A stretch of DNA of 62,476 bases, the filler included, from Candidatus Hydrogenedentota bacterium (GTDB lineage Bacteria > JBFMHD01), in NCBI GenBank assembly GCA_040752395.1. It is 5 parts of 5 records of this genome, joined end to end, with 100 filler letters (N's around TTAATTAATTAA, not from the genome) between each part and the next. Parts side by side here need not be neighbours in the genome. Positions count along the whole stretch, not along the records: positions 9,398 to 34,583 come from JBFMHD010000011.1; 4 more parts are not named here. One strand, written 5' to 3'. Shown here in pieces: positions 9,441 through 21,388 of this stretch. How positions within the stretch are numbered: position 1 is the stretch's first letter; each line of letters starts with the position of its first letter. The notes beneath the pieces were generated by a model. That model saw nothing but the letters and a program-made list of their open reading frames with translations, was not told where the DNA came from and did not search any database. Both the position numbers and the translations under genes were made by a program.

Positions 9441-9585
9441 CCTCCTCTGAAAAACATTGTAATTATAATGATATCAAGTAGAAGCAAGAAGCAAGATAAC
9501 GGAAGAAGTGAGAAGTATCAGGAGAGGCTACAGGCTACGGACTACAGCTGGCTGGAGCCAAAAGCCCGGAGTCTGAAGGCTGGAG
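9441..9585 (-). repeat. Modular SD-anchored repeat between hpf and ptsN
   Basis: CCTCCTCTGAAAAAC head, 28-bp core, AGCAAGA and GGCTACR modules. Confidence 0.9.
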
Positions 9586-10140
9586 TCAGTCAGCTTCAAT
9601 CAATCCAAAATTACCATCTCCCCTTTTATACATAACACTCATACCTTCTGTCTGTGCGTTGATAAATACGAGAAATTGCTGATTAGAATTCTGTAATTCA
9701 ATCATAGCGTCTTCAGGAAACATCGGTTTCAATGAATAATTATTATTTTTAATTATTCTTGTAGATTTAGATTCATCTTCTTCTTTAATATCTATTTCTC
9801 TTATTGGTTCTATTCTTTCTTCTTCTCCACGATGTTTAATCTTTTTTACCCTTTTATCTTTCATTTTTTCATTTTCTTTTTTCAATTTGTTTTCGATTAT
9901 ATCTACAAGTAAATCGATAGCCGAATACATACCGTCTGTTGAAATTTCTTTACAATAAATTTTAGTTATTCTGGTTTTTAAATGTGCTTCAGCAATATTA
10001 GACTGTTTTATTCTGCTCAGAGTTATAGTAGTATTAATTATCTGGGGTATGAATCTATCGAGTCTTGCAAACTTTTTTTCAATATAATTAGTTAATGATT
10101 TTGTAACCCGTAGATTTCTGCCTGTAATTTTAATATTCAT
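9586..10140 (-). CDS. hpf: Ribosome hibernation promoting factor (long HPF)
   Basis: MNIKITGRN, MYSAIDL, C-terminal LKPM..EDA...FLVF.NA...YKR.DGNFGLIE. Confidence 0.92.
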   Translation of the reverse strand: MNIKITGRNLRVTKSLTNYIEKKFARLDRFIPQIINTTITLSRIKQSNIAEAHLKTRITKIYCKEISTDGMYSAIDLLVDIIENKLKKENEKMKDKRVKKIKHRGEEERIEPIREIDIKEEDESKSTRIIKNNNYSLKPMFPEDAMIELQNSNQQFLVFINAQTEGMSVMYKRGDGNFGLIEAD

Positions 10141-10149
10141 GCATGATCA

Positions 10150-10262
10150 CTCCTCTGAAAGCAAGAAGCAAGATAACGGAAGAAGTGAGAGGTATCAGGA
10201 CAGGCTACAGGCTACGTACTACAGCCGGCTGGAGCAAAAAGCCCGGAGCCTGAAGCCCGAAG
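10150..10262 (-). repeat. Modular SD-anchored repeat between rpoN and hpf
   Basis: CTCCTCTGAAA head joined directly to the AGCAAGA module. Confidence 0.9.
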
Positions 10263-10276
10263 AGGCCGTGGTCTGC

Positions 10277-11695
10277 CTACTCATATACTTTACGTTTATG
10301 TGATGGTAGAATTTGTAGTTGTTCTCTATATTTTGTTACTGTGCGCCGCGCAAGATTAAATCCGTGTCGTTTTAAAATATTGACAATCTTCTGGTCTGAG
10401 AACGGATGTTTTACGCTTTCTCTTGCAATAATATCTTTTATCACAGCCTTTATAGATTTTGATGATGCATCAATACCTTCATCTGTATGGATACTGGATG
10501 AAAAAAAATATTTTAATAAAAAAACACCTTTTGTGGTCTGTACATACTTATTTGCAGTAACTCTGGAAACAGTTGATGGGTGCATTTCTATATCTTCAGC
10601 TATCTGTCTTAAAGTCAATGGTTTTAATGCCCTAACACCATCTACTAAAAAATCCTTTTGCATTTTAAAAATACTCTCAGTGACTTTATAAATAGTAGTA
10701 TTTCTCTGGTGAATAGTTTTTATAAGCCATAAAGAACGCCCAAGTTTTTCTTTAAGATAACCTTTTAATTCTTTTGAGATATTTTTTGATTTCAGCATAT
10801 TAACATATTTATTGTTTATATTTAAATTAGGAATCCACTCACTATTAACCATTACCATAAGTTCTCCATCAAGGATCTGAACACTCACATCTGGGATAAC
10901 GTAAGTAATTTCCTGTGATAGAAATTGTCTTCCCGGTCTTGGCTCAAGTTTCGAGATCTTATTTATAGCTTCTTTAAGAGCATCCATTCGTATTTTTAAC
11001 GCTGTAGCTATCCGAGGCAGCCTGTTTTTTTCGAGGTCTGAGAGGTGATTTTCAACTATCCGGTATGCCCAGGAATCAACCTCACCTATATTTTTCAATT
11101 GTATCAATAAACACTCTCGCAAATTAGAAGCTCCAACACCTACGGGCTCAAATGTTTTAATCAATTCATGTATCTCGATAAGTTTTTCTATCTTAACGCC
11201 TATGCTCTTTGCAAGAGGTTCGTAATCACCTCTGAAATAACCGTCATCATCAATAGCACTAATTATAGCCTCACCTGCTTTAAATTCTACCGGGTCATCT
11301 GTTGCTATTCTTAACTGCCACATTAAATGTTCGGATAAACTTTCACTTTTTGTTAAAGCCTGCTCGAAAAATACTATGTCTTTGTCCTCTCTTTCACTGC
11401 GAACGTATGTATCATTCCAGCCTGATGATTCAAAAATTCTCTCCCATTCTTGTTCAGGGTCACCAACCTCAGTTGCTATCTCATCCTGTTTTTTATCAGT
11501 TACGATTCTGTCTTCTTCAATAATTTCATCATCTATAACCGGGTTTTCTTCTAATTCGTCTTTTAGATAGTCCATCAGCTCCATAGAAGTCATCTGCAAT
11601 ATTTTTAAAGCCTGATGCATCAATGGTGTTATTACAAGCTGTTGCCTGAGATCAAGCCTCTGAATATTATCTAATTTTTGCATGCTTTTAGGCAT
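10277..11695 (-). CDS. rpoN: RNA polymerase sigma-54 factor
   Basis: Q-rich region I, HPSTVSR HTH, RpoN box ARRTVTKYRE. Confidence 0.96.
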   Translation of the reverse strand: MPKSMQKLDNIQRLDLRQQLVITPLMHQALKILQMTSMELMDYLKDELEENPVIDDEIIEEDRIVTDKKQDEIATEVGDPEQEWERIFESSGWNDTYVRSEREDKDIVFFEQALTKSESLSEHLMWQLRIATDDPVEFKAGEAIISAIDDDGYFRGDYEPLAKSIGVKIEKLIEIHELIKTFEPVGVGASNLRECLLIQLKNIGEVDSWAYRIVENHLSDLEKNRLPRIATALKIRMDALKEAINKISKLEPRPGRQFLSQEITYVIPDVSVQILDGELMVMVNSEWIPNLNINNKYVNMLKSKNISKELKGYLKEKLGRSLWLIKTIHQRNTTIYKVTESIFKMQKDFLVDGVRALKPLTLRQIAEDIEMHPSTVSRVTANKYVQTTKGVFLLKYFFSSSIHTDEGIDASSKSIKAVIKDIIARESVKHPFSDQKIVNILKRHGFNLARRTVTKYREQLQILPSHKRKVYE

Positions 11696-11716
11696 ATATA
11701 CCTCAAATCAAGGTAC

Positions 11717-14700
11717 TTATTCAACTTTTACGGTTTTTGCTTCAGCTTTCTTTTCTTCTTCTTTTTTCTTTTCTTCTAAAATTTTCTCCACTTCTTCTTT
11801 TCCCTCAAATTCAAAATCCACATCTCTGTATCCTCTAAACCCTGTACCGGCAGGTATAAGATGTCCTATGATAACGTTTTCTTTTAAGCCAAAAAGCTCA
11901 TCTTTTTTACCTTTAATAGCGGCCTCGGTTAAAGCCCAGGGTGTTTCCTGAAAACTGGCAGCACTTATAAAAGATTCAGAATGTTTGCTAACATTTGTTA
12001 TGCCTTTTAATAAAATCTCATATTTTGCCGGCTTTGCTTTTTTCTCTTTCTTTACTCGTTCATTCTCCTGTTTCAATACATAGCTATCCACTTCCTCTCC
12101 TTCAATAAATCTTGTATTTCCGGGATCAGTAATCCTTACTTTTCTCATCATCTGTTTAACAATAACCTCAATATGTTTATCATTAATATAAACACCTTGT
12201 TGTTTATAAACATCCTGAATTTCTTTTACGATGTATCTCTGTACAGCCATTTCACCCTGTACTTTTAACATAGTATGTAAATCTATTGGGCCATCAGTGA
12301 GTGGGTCGCCTGCTTCGACATAATCACCTTCATTAACAATCAATTGTTTCTCCATTGGAATTTTATATTCTCTGGTCTCATCAATTTCCTTGTTAACAAT
12401 TTTTATAGTTCGTTTGAGGCTAAAATCATCTGGTACTTCTACCTCACCTTCTATCTCAGTTACGATAGCTGGGTCAGTTTTTGGTTTTCTAACCTCAAAG
12501 AGCTCTTCAACTCGTGGTAACCCTGTTACTATATCCTGGGTTATGCCTCTCTGCCTGCCTGCGCCCTCTCCTCTGCGGCCAAATTTAAAAAAGTCAGAGA
12601 ACTGTTTTGTTAATAATTCGTTCTCTTCGACCCTTAATTTTTCTTTAGCTGTATTGATTAGTTTATGTTCGATAGTTTCGATTTCATCAAGTTTTGATAT
12701 ATTGGGAACATTATACTCGGAGTATTCAAAATCATATTTATGTTTTTTAATTGAATCCTTATCCTCAACTCTTTTTATATCAAGTTCCTGAAGTCTATTT
12801 TCTAAATCTTTATGTATTTTTTCATAATCTTTGAAAGTTGTAGGATTCATAACATTTGTCTTTGAGATAAGCTTTATAATGCTCTTTTTAATTTTTGAAA
12901 CCTTTTTTATGGTACCGGTTGTTGTTCCTGTATATCTTAGATATGGTAATGGGTACTTCTCCATATCTTCAACAATCCGAAGAATAGTTATTCTGTTATC
13001 ACCGCTCTTTGTTTTATAGGTTCTTATAAAATATGCTCTTCCCTTAATATCAGAGACCACGTTCTCACTGAGTTTTGTTCCGAGATCAACCTCTTCACCG
13101 TCTTTTATCTTTACTTCTCCTCGTAATAGAAAGTCTTTACCCTTCCAGACAATAATCGTTCCCTGCTCAGTTTCTCTGCCTTGCTGCACTTCGGGTCGAA
13201 TAACACTGTATTCGTTGTGTTCTTTCTGAAGTTGAACATTATATACTTCAATCATTCCATTTATTTTGGTGAAGATAGGTTTATAATTTGGATTTTCTCC
13301 AATAATTTGACTAATCTTAACATCGTTCCCTATCTTTATTCTTAATTCTGAGCCTATAAACATCATCGCTTCCACAAGTCTCTGTCTCTGAATAATACCC
13401 GAGATCGGTTCCTCACTCTCACTTATTAAAAGAATAACTCTTTTATCTTCTTTTTCTTCTATCTCAACTTTTGAACAAAAATTCGTTTTGAAGTCTCTGT
13501 AAGCTATAGTACTACCTTTATCGATCTCTTTACCAATCTCAATATTTTTCTCAAAGGTAATCGGTATTCTAAAAGCATAGTTCTGTCCTTTTGATTGTAT
13601 CAGTACAGTATCGAGATGGAACTGAGCTACTTTTCCATTATAGGGAGATATGTAATCTATCCTCACAACGGGTTTATCAATGTCAACTCTATCTCCATTT
13701 TTAACAAGTATCTTCACTTTCATATTACTATCAAGTCCTTGTTCATAGGTTCTTCCTTTTGAAGTCAAAAAATTTATCTGTTTATTATCAATAGTAATTC
13801 TACCAATTCTTTTACCGAGTATATAATCTTCTCCTACAACCGGTTCGCTACCATCCTTTTGTTTTTTTGTTACTGGCATTTTAGTAATTCTTCCATTAAA
13901 CAAGGCTCTGACAAAATTATCTTCAACACTTGCCACACCGCCGACGTGAAACGTACGCAAAGTTAATTGTGTACCCGGCTCGCCTATGGATTGGGCTGCT
14001 ATAATTCCTACAGCTTCACCTGCTTCAATCATTCTACCCGTACCTAAATCTCTACCATAACATTTTGAACATATACCTCTTGGTGATTCACAGGTTAAGA
14101 CAGACCTGGTTTTAATCTCTTCTACGCCAGCATTACTTATTTTTAGGGTTTTTTCCTCATCTATCAATTCACCTGCTTTAACTATCACTTCATTTGTTAT
14201 TATATCAATCACATCTTCAAGCGCAACCCTGCCCGCTATCTTATCAAAAAAAGACTCATCTTCAGTTTTTAAATCTCTGATAGATATTGTTAATCCTTTG
14301 AGTGTTCCACAATCTTCTTCTATTACAATAATATCTTGAGCGACGTCTACAAGTCTTCTTGTAAGATAGCCGGCATTTGCTGTTTTTAATGCGGTATCGG
14401 TTAATCCTTTTCTTGAGCCACTTGTTGATTGATAAAACTCATAGACAGATAAGCCTTCACGAAAATTTGAGATAATCGGGATCTCTTTTACCTTACCACT
14501 CGGATCAGCCATCAATCCTCTCATCCCTGCAAGCTGTTTTATCTGATCCTTACCACCTCGCGCGCCTGAGATAGCCATAATATAGATGGGATTAAACCCG
14601 CTATAGGAAATCTCCATTTCATCTAACATGAGTCTTGAGACCTCTTTAGTAGTATGTTCCCAGATGTTTACAAGCTTGTCATATCGTTCACCATCACTTA

Positions 14701-16639
14701 TTATCCCCTTTTTATATTGCTCATTGACTTTGAAAACCTCATCATTGGCTCTCCTGATTAAATCGTTCTTTAATTTTGGTACTAACATATCAGTTACACC
14801 AAGAGATATCCCTGATTTTGTTGAATAATAAAACCCTAAATCCTTTATCGCATCAGCAACCTTCACCGTCTCATCAGCGCCATATTCCAGAAATATGTCA
14901 TAAATAAGTTTATTTAAATCTGCTTTCCCAAATAATTTATTTTGAAAGCTATATCCTTGCGGTAAAATATTATTGAACACTATACGACCAACAGTAGTCT
15001 TTATTAATTTACCATCCAGTTTTACTGAGATAGGAGCATGGATTGAAATTATATCTTCGTCTAATGCTCTTAATGCTTCATTCTTACTTGCAAAAATTTT
15101 GTTAGTGCCTTTACTGCCTGTTTTTTCTTTGGTAAGATAATATATCCCAAGCACAATATCCTGGGTTGGTCCGATTATTGGTTTTCCATTGGCTGGAGAT
15201 AAAATGTTGTGTCTCGATAACATCAGGAGTTCTGCTTCCATTATGGCTTCTTTAGATAAGGGAACATGAACAGCCATCTGGTCACCATCAAAATCAGCAT
15301 TAAAAGCGACACAAACTAAAGGATGTAATCGTATAGCTTTACCTTCAATTAAAATCGGTTGAAATGATTGGATACCCAGTCTGTGAAGCGTAGGGGCTCT
15401 GTTTAAAAGTACCGGATGCTCTTTAATCACCTCATCAAGCGCATCCCACACCTCATCCTTCTCCTGGTCAATATATCTTTTAGCACTTTTTATATTACTC
15501 ACTATGTCTTTTGCAACCAGTCTATGCATAACAAAAGGTGTGAATAATTCAAGTGCCATCTTTTTAGGTAACCCACACGCAGAAAGCGGTAATTCGGGTC
15601 CAACAACTATAACAGATCGGCCTGAATAATCCACACGTTTACCCAGAAGGTTCTGCCTGAATCTACCCTGTTTACCTCTTAACATATCAGTTAATGATTT
15701 TAACGGCCTGTTAGCTGAACCAAGAACTTTCCTGCCTCTCCGACCATTGTCAAACAATGCATCAACTGCTTCCTGTAACATTCTCATCTCATTTCTTATA
15801 ATTATTTTCGGGGCCTTTAATTCCTTTAGCCGTTTTAATCTATTATTTCTGTTTATCACTCTTCGATACAAATCATTCAGATCAGACGTGGCAAATCTAC
15901 CACCATCAAGCTGTACCATAGGCCTTAAATCAGGTGGTATCACAGGAATAACATCAAGTACCATCCATTCGGGTTTATTCCCACTTTCAAGAAAAGCCTT
16001 TATAAGTGCAAGTCTTTTAGAAAGCGACGGTGCTTTTTGTTTAGAGGAGCTCTTTTCAATTTCATCTAAAAGTTCCTTCTTTTCTTTTTCTAAATCAATC
16101 TTTTTTAAAACCTCTTTAATACCCTCAGCACCGATACCAACAACAATATTATCACCCCATTCATTCTTCTTTTCTTCGTATTCCTCTATTGAAATCAAAG
16201 ATTTAACAGGTTTATCCGTAATTTGAGACTCAATAACAATATATTTTTCAAAATATACAACACGTTCAAGTTCTTTAGCAGGTATGTCAAGTAGTATGCC
16301 TATTCTTGATGTTGTACCTTTGAGATACCATATATGCGTAACCGGGGCGACAAGTTTAATATGTCCCATCCTTTCCCTTCGCACTTTGGAATGTGTTACC
16401 TCTACTCCGCAACGTTCACATCTTACACCTCTATATCTTATAGTTTTAAGACTGCCGCAGGAACATTCCCAGTCTTTTATACACCCGAAAATCTTTTCAC
16501 AAAATAATCCGTCCCTTTCAGGTTTAAGTGTTCTGTAATTAATTGTTTCTGGTTTTTTAACCTCGCCATTAGACCAGGTAATAATCTTTTCTGGCGAGGC
16601 AAGTTTTATACTGATAGCCGCTACATTTCTTGGCTCCAT
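11717..16639 (-). CDS. rpoC: RNA polymerase beta' subunit with a very large trigger-loop insertion
   Basis: [11 protein letters not shown], zinc finger, [13 protein letters not shown]; start at ATG 16639 after AGGAGG. Confidence 0.98.
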   Translation of the reverse strand: MEPRNVAAISIKLASPEKIITWSNGEVKKPETINYRTLKPERDGLFCEKIFGCIKDWECSCGSLKTIRYRGVRCERCGVEVTHSKVRRERMGHIKLVAPVTHIWYLKGTTSRIGILLDIPAKELERVVYFEKYIVIESQITDKPVKSLISIEEYEEKKNEWGDNIVVGIGAEGIKEVLKKIDLEKEKKELLDEIEKSSSKQKAPSLSKRLALIKAFLESGNKPEWMVLDVIPVIPPDLRPMVQLDGGRFATSDLNDLYRRVINRNNRLKRLKELKAPKIIIRNEMRMLQEAVDALFDNGRRGRKVLGSANRPLKSLTDMLRGKQGRFRQNLLGKRVDYSGRSVIVVGPELPLSACGLPKKMALELFTPFVMHRLVAKDIVSNIKSAKRYIDQEKDEVWDALDEVIKEHPVLLNRAPTLHRLGIQSFQPILIEGKAIRLHPLVCVAFNADFDGDQMAVHVPLSKEAIMEAELLMLSRHNILSPANGKPIIGPTQDIVLGIYYLTKEKTGSKGTNKIFASKNEALRALDEDIISIHAPISVKLDGKLIKTTVGRIVFNNILPQGYSFQNKLFGKADLNKLIYDIFLEYGADETVKVADAIKDLGFYYSTKSGISLGVTDMLVPKLKNDLIRRANDEVFKVNEQYKKGIISDGERYDKLVNIWEHTTKEVSRLMLDEMEISYSGFNPIYIMAISGARGGKDQIKQLAGMRGLMADPSGKVKEIPIISNFREGLSVYEFYQSTSGSRKGLTDTALKTANAGYLTRRLVDVAQDIIVIEEDCGTLKGLTISIRDLKTEDESFFDKIAGRVALEDVIDIITNEVIVKAGELIDEEKTLKISNAGVEEIKTRSVLTCESPRGICSKCYGRDLGTGRMIEAGEAVGIIAAQSIGEPGTQLTLRTFHVGGVASVEDNFVRALFNGRITKMPVTKKQKDGSEPVVGEDYILGKRIGRITIDNKQINFLTSKGRTYEQGLDSNMKVKILVKNGDRVDIDKPVVRIDYISPYNGKVAQFHLDTVLIQSKGQNYAFRIPITFEKNIEIGKEIDKGSTIAYRDFKTNFCSKVEIEEKEDKRVILLISESEEPISGIIQRQRLVEAMMFIGSELRIKIGNDVKISQIIGENPNYKPIFTKINGMIEVYNVQLQKEHNEYSVIRPEVQQGRETEQGTIIVWKGKDFLLRGEVKIKDGEEVDLGTKLSENVVSDIKGRAYFIRTYKTKSGDNRITILRIVEDMEKYPLPYLRYTGTTTGTIKKVSKIKKSIIKLISKTNVMNPTTFKDYEKIHKDLENRLQELDIKRVEDKDSIKKHKYDFEYSEYNVPNISKLDEIETIEHKLINTAKEKLRVEENELLTKQFSDFFKFGRRGEGAGRQRGITQDIVTGLPRVEELFEVRKPKTDPAIVTEIEGEVEVPDDFSLKRTIKIVNKEIDETREYKIPMEKQLIVNEGDYVEAGDPLTDGPIDLHTMLKVQGEMAVQRYIVKEIQDVYKQQGVYINDKHIEVIVKQMMRKVRITDPGNTRFIEGEEVDSYVLKQENERVKKEKKAKPAKYEILLKGITNVSKHSESFISAASFQETPWALTEAAIKGKKDELFGLKENVIIGHLIPAGTGFRGYRDVDFEFEGKEEVEKILEEKKKEEEKKAEAKTVKVE

Positions 16640-16646
16640 TTTTAAA

Positions 16647-16935
16647 CCTCCTCTGAAAAACTTTGTAACTATAATAATATCAAGTAGAAGCAAGAAGCAA
16701 GATAACGGAAGAAGTGAGAGGTATCAGGACGGGCTACAGGCTACGGAGTACAGCCGGCTGGAGCCAAAAGCCCGGAGCCTGCTGAAAAGTCTTGAGTCTT
16801 GAGTCTTGAGTCCTGTTTTGACTCACGACTTGCGACTTGTGACTCACGACTCTTTTTATATCATCTTTAGTTTTTCATGCTTTGTGTAGAGCGCAAAAAC
16901 CCAAAAACGCAATAACCCAATAACCCAAGAACCCA
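16647..16935 (-). repeat. Modular SD-anchored repeat upstream of rpoC
   Basis: Head, core, AGCAAGA, GGCTACR, GTCTTGA/GACTCAC hairpin and AACCCAAN modules. Confidence 0.9.
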
Positions 16936-17095
16936 AATCTACTTCCTCTTTTATAGCCATAGAAATTTTACCATAATATCTAAAAAACTCTCTATCCTCA
17001 AGACATGAACCAAATAAAAGCACCTTTTTTGTACCAAATTCTTTACTAGTCTCTATAATCTTAGCCAATTCATTTTCAAAAGTTTTCTTATTCAT
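16856..17095 (-). pseudogene. Degenerate MNT nucleotidyltransferase, internally deleted and fused to repeat
   Basis: KVLLFGSC present but DxD segment missing; C-terminus translated from repeat DNA. Confidence 0.6.
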
Positions 17096-17101
17096 TATTC
17101 A

Positions 17102-20100
17102 TTATCTCTTTCCTTTAATAACAGATTTTGCTTTACTTAAAACATCCTGTTGTTCTTCAACATTTTTTATGTCTATCTCATCGCCCTCCTCATTATAGAC
17201 CTGGATATCAAGTGCTAATCCCTGAAGCTCTCTAACAAGGACATTGAAACTTTCTGGTATACCTGGTGGAGATGCATTCTGACCCTTAACTAGAGCCTGA
17301 TATATATTTGCTCTGCCTGAGACATCATCGCTTTTTACAGTAAGCAACTCCTGTAAAGTATAAGAGGCGCCATAAGCTTCGAGCGCCCAGACCTCCATCT
17401 CACCCATTCTTTGACCACCGAACTGTGATTTCCCACCAAGCGGCTGTTGTGTCACAAGAGAATAAGGTCCTGTACTCCTGGCATGCATTTTATCATCAAT
17501 AAGATGATTGAGTTTCATTATATACATAATGCCAACAGTAACTTTATTTTCAAATGGTTCACCGGTTTTTCCATCATAAAGAATAACTTTGCCATCAGGC
17601 GGTAGACCCGCATTAGCCAGATGAAACCTTGTCTCGTTTTCAGTAGCTCCATTAAATGGCGGACAAGAAGCATAAAATTCTAATTTAGATGCGGCCCAAC
17701 CAAGATGTGTCTCAAATATCTGTCCTATGTTCATTCTTGAGGGAACACTTAAGGGATTCAAAACAACATCAACAGGTGTACCGTCTTCAAGATATGGCAT
17801 ATCCTCTACTGGTAATATTATAGAGATAACTCCTTTGTTTCCATGTCTACCCGCTATTTTGTCGCCAACTGATATTTTTTTCTTGGTTGCTAAAAATACT
17901 TTTACAAGCTCCTCTATGCCTGGCCCGAGTTCACCACCACCATCCTCTCTTGAGAATCTCTTAATGTCAATTACTATGCCACCTGAACCATGTGGTACCC
18001 TCAAACTCGTATCTTTAACATTCTTTGCTTTCTCTCCAAATATAGAATGTAACAATTTGAACTCAGGTGAAACATCACTCTCGCCCTTTGGCGTAACTTT
18101 ACCGACAAGGATGTCACCTGGTTTAACCCGTGTCCCTAATTTAACAATACCATCCTCATTCAGGGCCTCTAAAGCCTGTTCACTTATACCCGGGATATCT
18201 TTTGTTATGTTTTCTCGGCCAAGCTTGGTATCCCTTACTTCGATCTCAAATTTCTCAATATGTACCGAGGTATAAACATCATCCCTTACCAGTCTCTCAC
18301 TTAAAACAATAGCATCTTCAAAATTGAAGCCATGCCATGGCATAAATGCTACAAAAACATCTCGTCCAAGCGCTAATTCACCGTGTGACGTACCCGGGCC
18401 ATCAGCTATAGGCTCACCCTTCTCAACCTTCTCACCGTCAATAACTATGGGTTTATAATTAATAGCAGTGTTCTGATTAGATCGTTTAAACTTAGGAAGC
18501 TCATATCTATGATCGAATCCATTTTTATCCCTGATTATTATCTCATCAGCACTGGTCTTAACAACTGTTCCACTTTCACTCGCAACAATAACAGCACCGG
18601 AATCTATGGCAATTTTTCTTTCTATACCCGTACCTACAATTGCTGGTTCACATTTAAGTAGAGGTACTGCCTGTCTCTGCATATTTGAACCCATCAATGC
18701 TCTATTCGCATCATCATGTTCAAGAAATGGTATCAAGGCAGTAGAAACACTGACTATCTGTTTAGGTGACAGATCTATGAAATCTACTTCTTCAGGTAAA
18801 ACATAAATATATTCTTCGCCTGACTCACCATATCTAACAAGTATTTTATCCTCAACAAATTTACCCTGTGAATCCACCTCTGTTGTGGCCTGAGCTATCT
18901 TATACCCGTCTTCTTCAGCAGCATTTAAATAAACCACCTCATTTGTCACTTTTCCATTTATTACTCTTCTATATGGTGTTTCTAAAAAACCGTAATTATT
19001 AGGTTTTGCATACGTTGAAAGCGATACAATTAACCCAATGTTTGGGCCTTCAGGCGTTTCTATGGGGCAAATCCTGCCATAATGTGTCCGATGAACATCT
19101 CGGACATCGAACATAGCTCTTTCCCGCTGAAGCCCACCTGGCCCTAAAGCTGAAAGTCTTCTTTTATGGGTTAGCGCAGCTAATGGATTTGTTTGATCCA
19201 TAAATTGTGATAATTGACTCGTACCGAAAAATTCCCTTAATGCTGCAGTAATTGGCTTGATATTAATCAGACTCTGTGGTGTGGCTGTATCCTGATCCAG
19301 AATACTCAATTTATCTCTAACTGACCTCTCCATCTTCATAAATGCTGTTCTTAGATGACTTTGCAATAACTCACCAACGCTCCGTATCCGTCGATTGCCA
19401 AGATGGTCTGTATCATCAGATTTTCCTTGTGTCTGTTCTAGTTTGAATAACATTTTTATAACTTCTATTACATCTTCTTTGGTCAATAGTCTGTCACTCT
19501 CTCTTTCATTGGTTATCCCGAGCCGCTTGTTCAGTTTATATCGTCCAACAGTTCCAAGGTCATAATATTTTGGATCTTTAAATCTTCTGTTAAACTCTGT
19601 CCGTACAATATCATCAGGTCCTAAATCACCAGGTCTAAATACTTCAAATACAACTCGTAATGCCTCCATTACTGACATTGAGGTATCCCGTAATAAGGTC
19701 TCTAATACAGGTTTATACTCATCACCACCTAAAAAAATGTGTAGTTTTGTAATACTACGTTTCTGTAAATCTTCAAGTATCTCACCTGTTATGGGTGCCA
19801 ATCTCAACTTTTCAATATACACTATCTCTTCTTTATTTTCTTCGTTTTTTGCTTTTTGTAGCAATGTTACAAGCTCATCATTTAAAATTAATCTCTTTCC
19901 CATAATCTGCTGTGAAATTAAAGGGTCTATTTCATGTCCTTGTTGTGGAAGCTCATATTCCTGAATCGGGCAAAAACATTTCAATACATCTACATCTGAA
20001 TCAAAACCCCAGGTTCTTAAAAAAGTAAACGCAGATATCTTCTTTTTTTTATCAAGTTTGACATAAAGAGCACCGCTTACGTCAAACTCAAATTCCACCC

Positions 20101-20656
20101 ATGATCCACGATACGGGTTTACTCTTGCTGAATATAATTTTCTGCCCTGTGGATGACGTTTTCCATCGTCATCATCAAAATTTAAACCGGGTGAGCGGTG
20201 TAATTGTGATACGATAACACGCTCAGCACCATTAACTATAAACGTTGCATCCTTTGTCATTAAAGGTATATCACCAAAATAAACCTCCTGCTCTTTAATC
20301 TCGCCTGTTCGCTTGTTTATAAGTCTTATCCTGACTTTAAGAGGCGCAGAATAAGTAGTATCTCTATCCCGTGCTTCCTGTTCACTGAATTTAGGTTCAC
20401 CAAGAATATAATACATAAACTCAAGAACAATCCCCTCTTCTTCCTCCTCTTCAGTCTTTCTTGCTTTAGAATAATCTATAGGAAAAATTTCATTGAATAA
20501 TTCCTGTAAACCATAATTCTTTCTTTCGTCGGGATCAACGTTTCTCTGAAGAAACCATTCATAAGATTCAATCTGCATTTCTATGAGAAAAGGTGGTTCA
20601 TATTGTTCAGGAATTTTTGAAAAAGATATACGGTCTATCTTGTTTAGTTTGCCCAT
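17102..20656 (-). CDS. rpoB: RNA polymerase beta subunit
   Basis: [38 protein letters not shown]. Confidence 0.98.
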   Translation of the reverse strand: MGKLNKIDRISFSKIPEQYEPPFLIEMQIESYEWFLQRNVDPDERKNYGLQELFNEIFPIDYSKARKTEEEEEEGIVLEFMYYILGEPKFSEQEARDRDTTYSAPLKVRIRLINKRTGEIKEQEVYFGDIPLMTKDATFIVNGAERVIVSQLHRSPGLNFDDDDGKRHPQGRKLYSARVNPYRGSWVEFEFDVSGALYVKLDKKKKISAFTFLRTWGFDSDVDVLKCFCPIQEYELPQQGHEIDPLISQQIMGKRLILNDELVTLLQKAKNEENKEEIVYIEKLRLAPITGEILEDLQKRSITKLHIFLGGDEYKPVLETLLRDTSMSVMEALRVVFEVFRPGDLGPDDIVRTEFNRRFKDPKYYDLGTVGRYKLNKRLGITNERESDRLLTKEDVIEVIKMLFKLEQTQGKSDDTDHLGNRRIRSVGELLQSHLRTAFMKMERSVRDKLSILDQDTATPQSLINIKPITAALREFFGTSQLSQFMDQTNPLAALTHKRRLSALGPGGLQRERAMFDVRDVHRTHYGRICPIETPEGPNIGLIVSLSTYAKPNNYGFLETPYRRVINGKVTNEVVYLNAAEEDGYKIAQATTEVDSQGKFVEDKILVRYGESGEEYIYVLPEEVDFIDLSPKQIVSVSTALIPFLEHDDANRALMGSNMQRQAVPLLKCEPAIVGTGIERKIAIDSGAVIVASESGTVVKTSADEIIIRDKNGFDHRYELPKFKRSNQNTAINYKPIVIDGEKVEKGEPIADGPGTSHGELALGRDVFVAFMPWHGFNFEDAIVLSERLVRDDVYTSVHIEKFEIEVRDTKLGRENITKDIPGISEQALEALNEDGIVKLGTRVKPGDILVGKVTPKGESDVSPEFKLLHSIFGEKAKNVKDTSLRVPHGSGGIVIDIKRFSREDGGGELGPGIEELVKVFLATKKKISVGDKIAGRHGNKGVISIILPVEDMPYLEDGTPVDVVLNPLSVPSRMNIGQIFETHLGWAASKLEFYASCPPFNGATENETRFHLANAGLPPDGKVILYDGKTGEPFENKVTVGIMYIMKLNHLIDDKMHARSTGPYSLVTQQPLGGKSQFGGQRMGEMEVWALEAYGASYTLQELLTVKSDDVSGRANIYQALVKGQNASPPGIPESFNVLVRELQGLALDIQVYNEEGDEIDIKNVEEQQDVLSKAKSVIKGKR

Positions 20657-20663
20657 ATAATTA

Positions 20664-20914
20664 CTCCTCTGAAAAACTTCGCAACTCTAATAATTCGGGG
20701 TACAGGCTACAGGCTACGGACTACAGCCGGCTGGAGCCCCCTATGAAAAGTCTTGAGTCTTGAGTCCTGTTTTGACTCACGACTTGCGACTCACGACTCT
20801 TTTCATATCATCTTTAGTTTTTCATACTTTGTGCCTTTATGCCTTCCACTCCTGTCTTCTGTCTTCTGGCTCCTGTCTCCTATCTGCCTTTGTGCCTTTG
20901 TGCCTCTTGCTTCT
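20664..20914 (-). repeat. Modular SD-anchored repeat upstream of rpoB
   Basis: Head, core variant, GGCTACR, ATGAAAAG..CTTTTCAT hairpin, TYCTGTC and CTTTGTGC modules. Confidence 0.9.
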
Positions 20915-21000
20915 ATAATAATATATTATTAAAAACATAATATTGGATCAAGCCAAATTCCAAATCCCTAATAATTGTCTTTAAAATTTTAACGACCTTA

Positions 21001-21384
21001 TTATTTAATTTCAACAGTAGCACCTACTGCTTCGAGTTTGGTCTTTATCTCCTCAGCCTTTTCTTTTGAGACCTTTGAAACTATTACCGCGGGAATATTA
21101 TCAACAAGCGTTTTTGATTCTTTTAAATCCTTGTTAATAATGGTTTTCACTTCCTTTACAACCTGAATCTTTTTATCGCCAACAGCAGTCATAATAACAT
21201 CAAACTCGGTCTTTTCTTCTTTAACAGCTTGCGCTGATGAATCGGCTTGGGCGACCTGCGCTACTGTAACAGGCGCTTGAGCAGATACCCCAAGCTCTTT
21301 CTCAAGTTCTTTTACTAATTCTGAAATTTCAAGAATAGTAGCACTTTTAATAAAATTTTTAACTTCTTCTTTTGTTATAGCCAT
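21001..21384 (-). CDS. rplL: 50S ribosomal protein L7/L12
   Basis: EEKTEFDV, KIQVVKEV, GATVEIK. Confidence 0.96.
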   Translation of the reverse strand: MAITKEEVKNFIKSATILEISELVKELEKELGVSAQAPVTVAQVAQADSSAQAVKEEKTEFDVIMTAVGDKKIQVVKEVKTIINKDLKESKTLVDNIPAVIVSKVSKEKAEEIKTKLEAVGATVEIK

Positions 21385-21388
21385 AAGT

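Noticed and set aside
16640-16693. N-terminal extensions of rpoC, rplL, scpA, scpB, ruvX, comEA and the surface protein in the ORF track
   Set aside because: They run into repeats or upstream genes; better SD-linked starts exist downstream
16647-16935. Possible CRISPR array in the tandem-repeat regions
   Set aside because: Units are 7-8 nt with no unique spacers of constant length, and no cas genes are present
17727-18275. Long antisense ORFs opposite rpoB, rpoC, the MTase, the cNMP gene and others
   Set aside because: Shadow frames of well-supported genes
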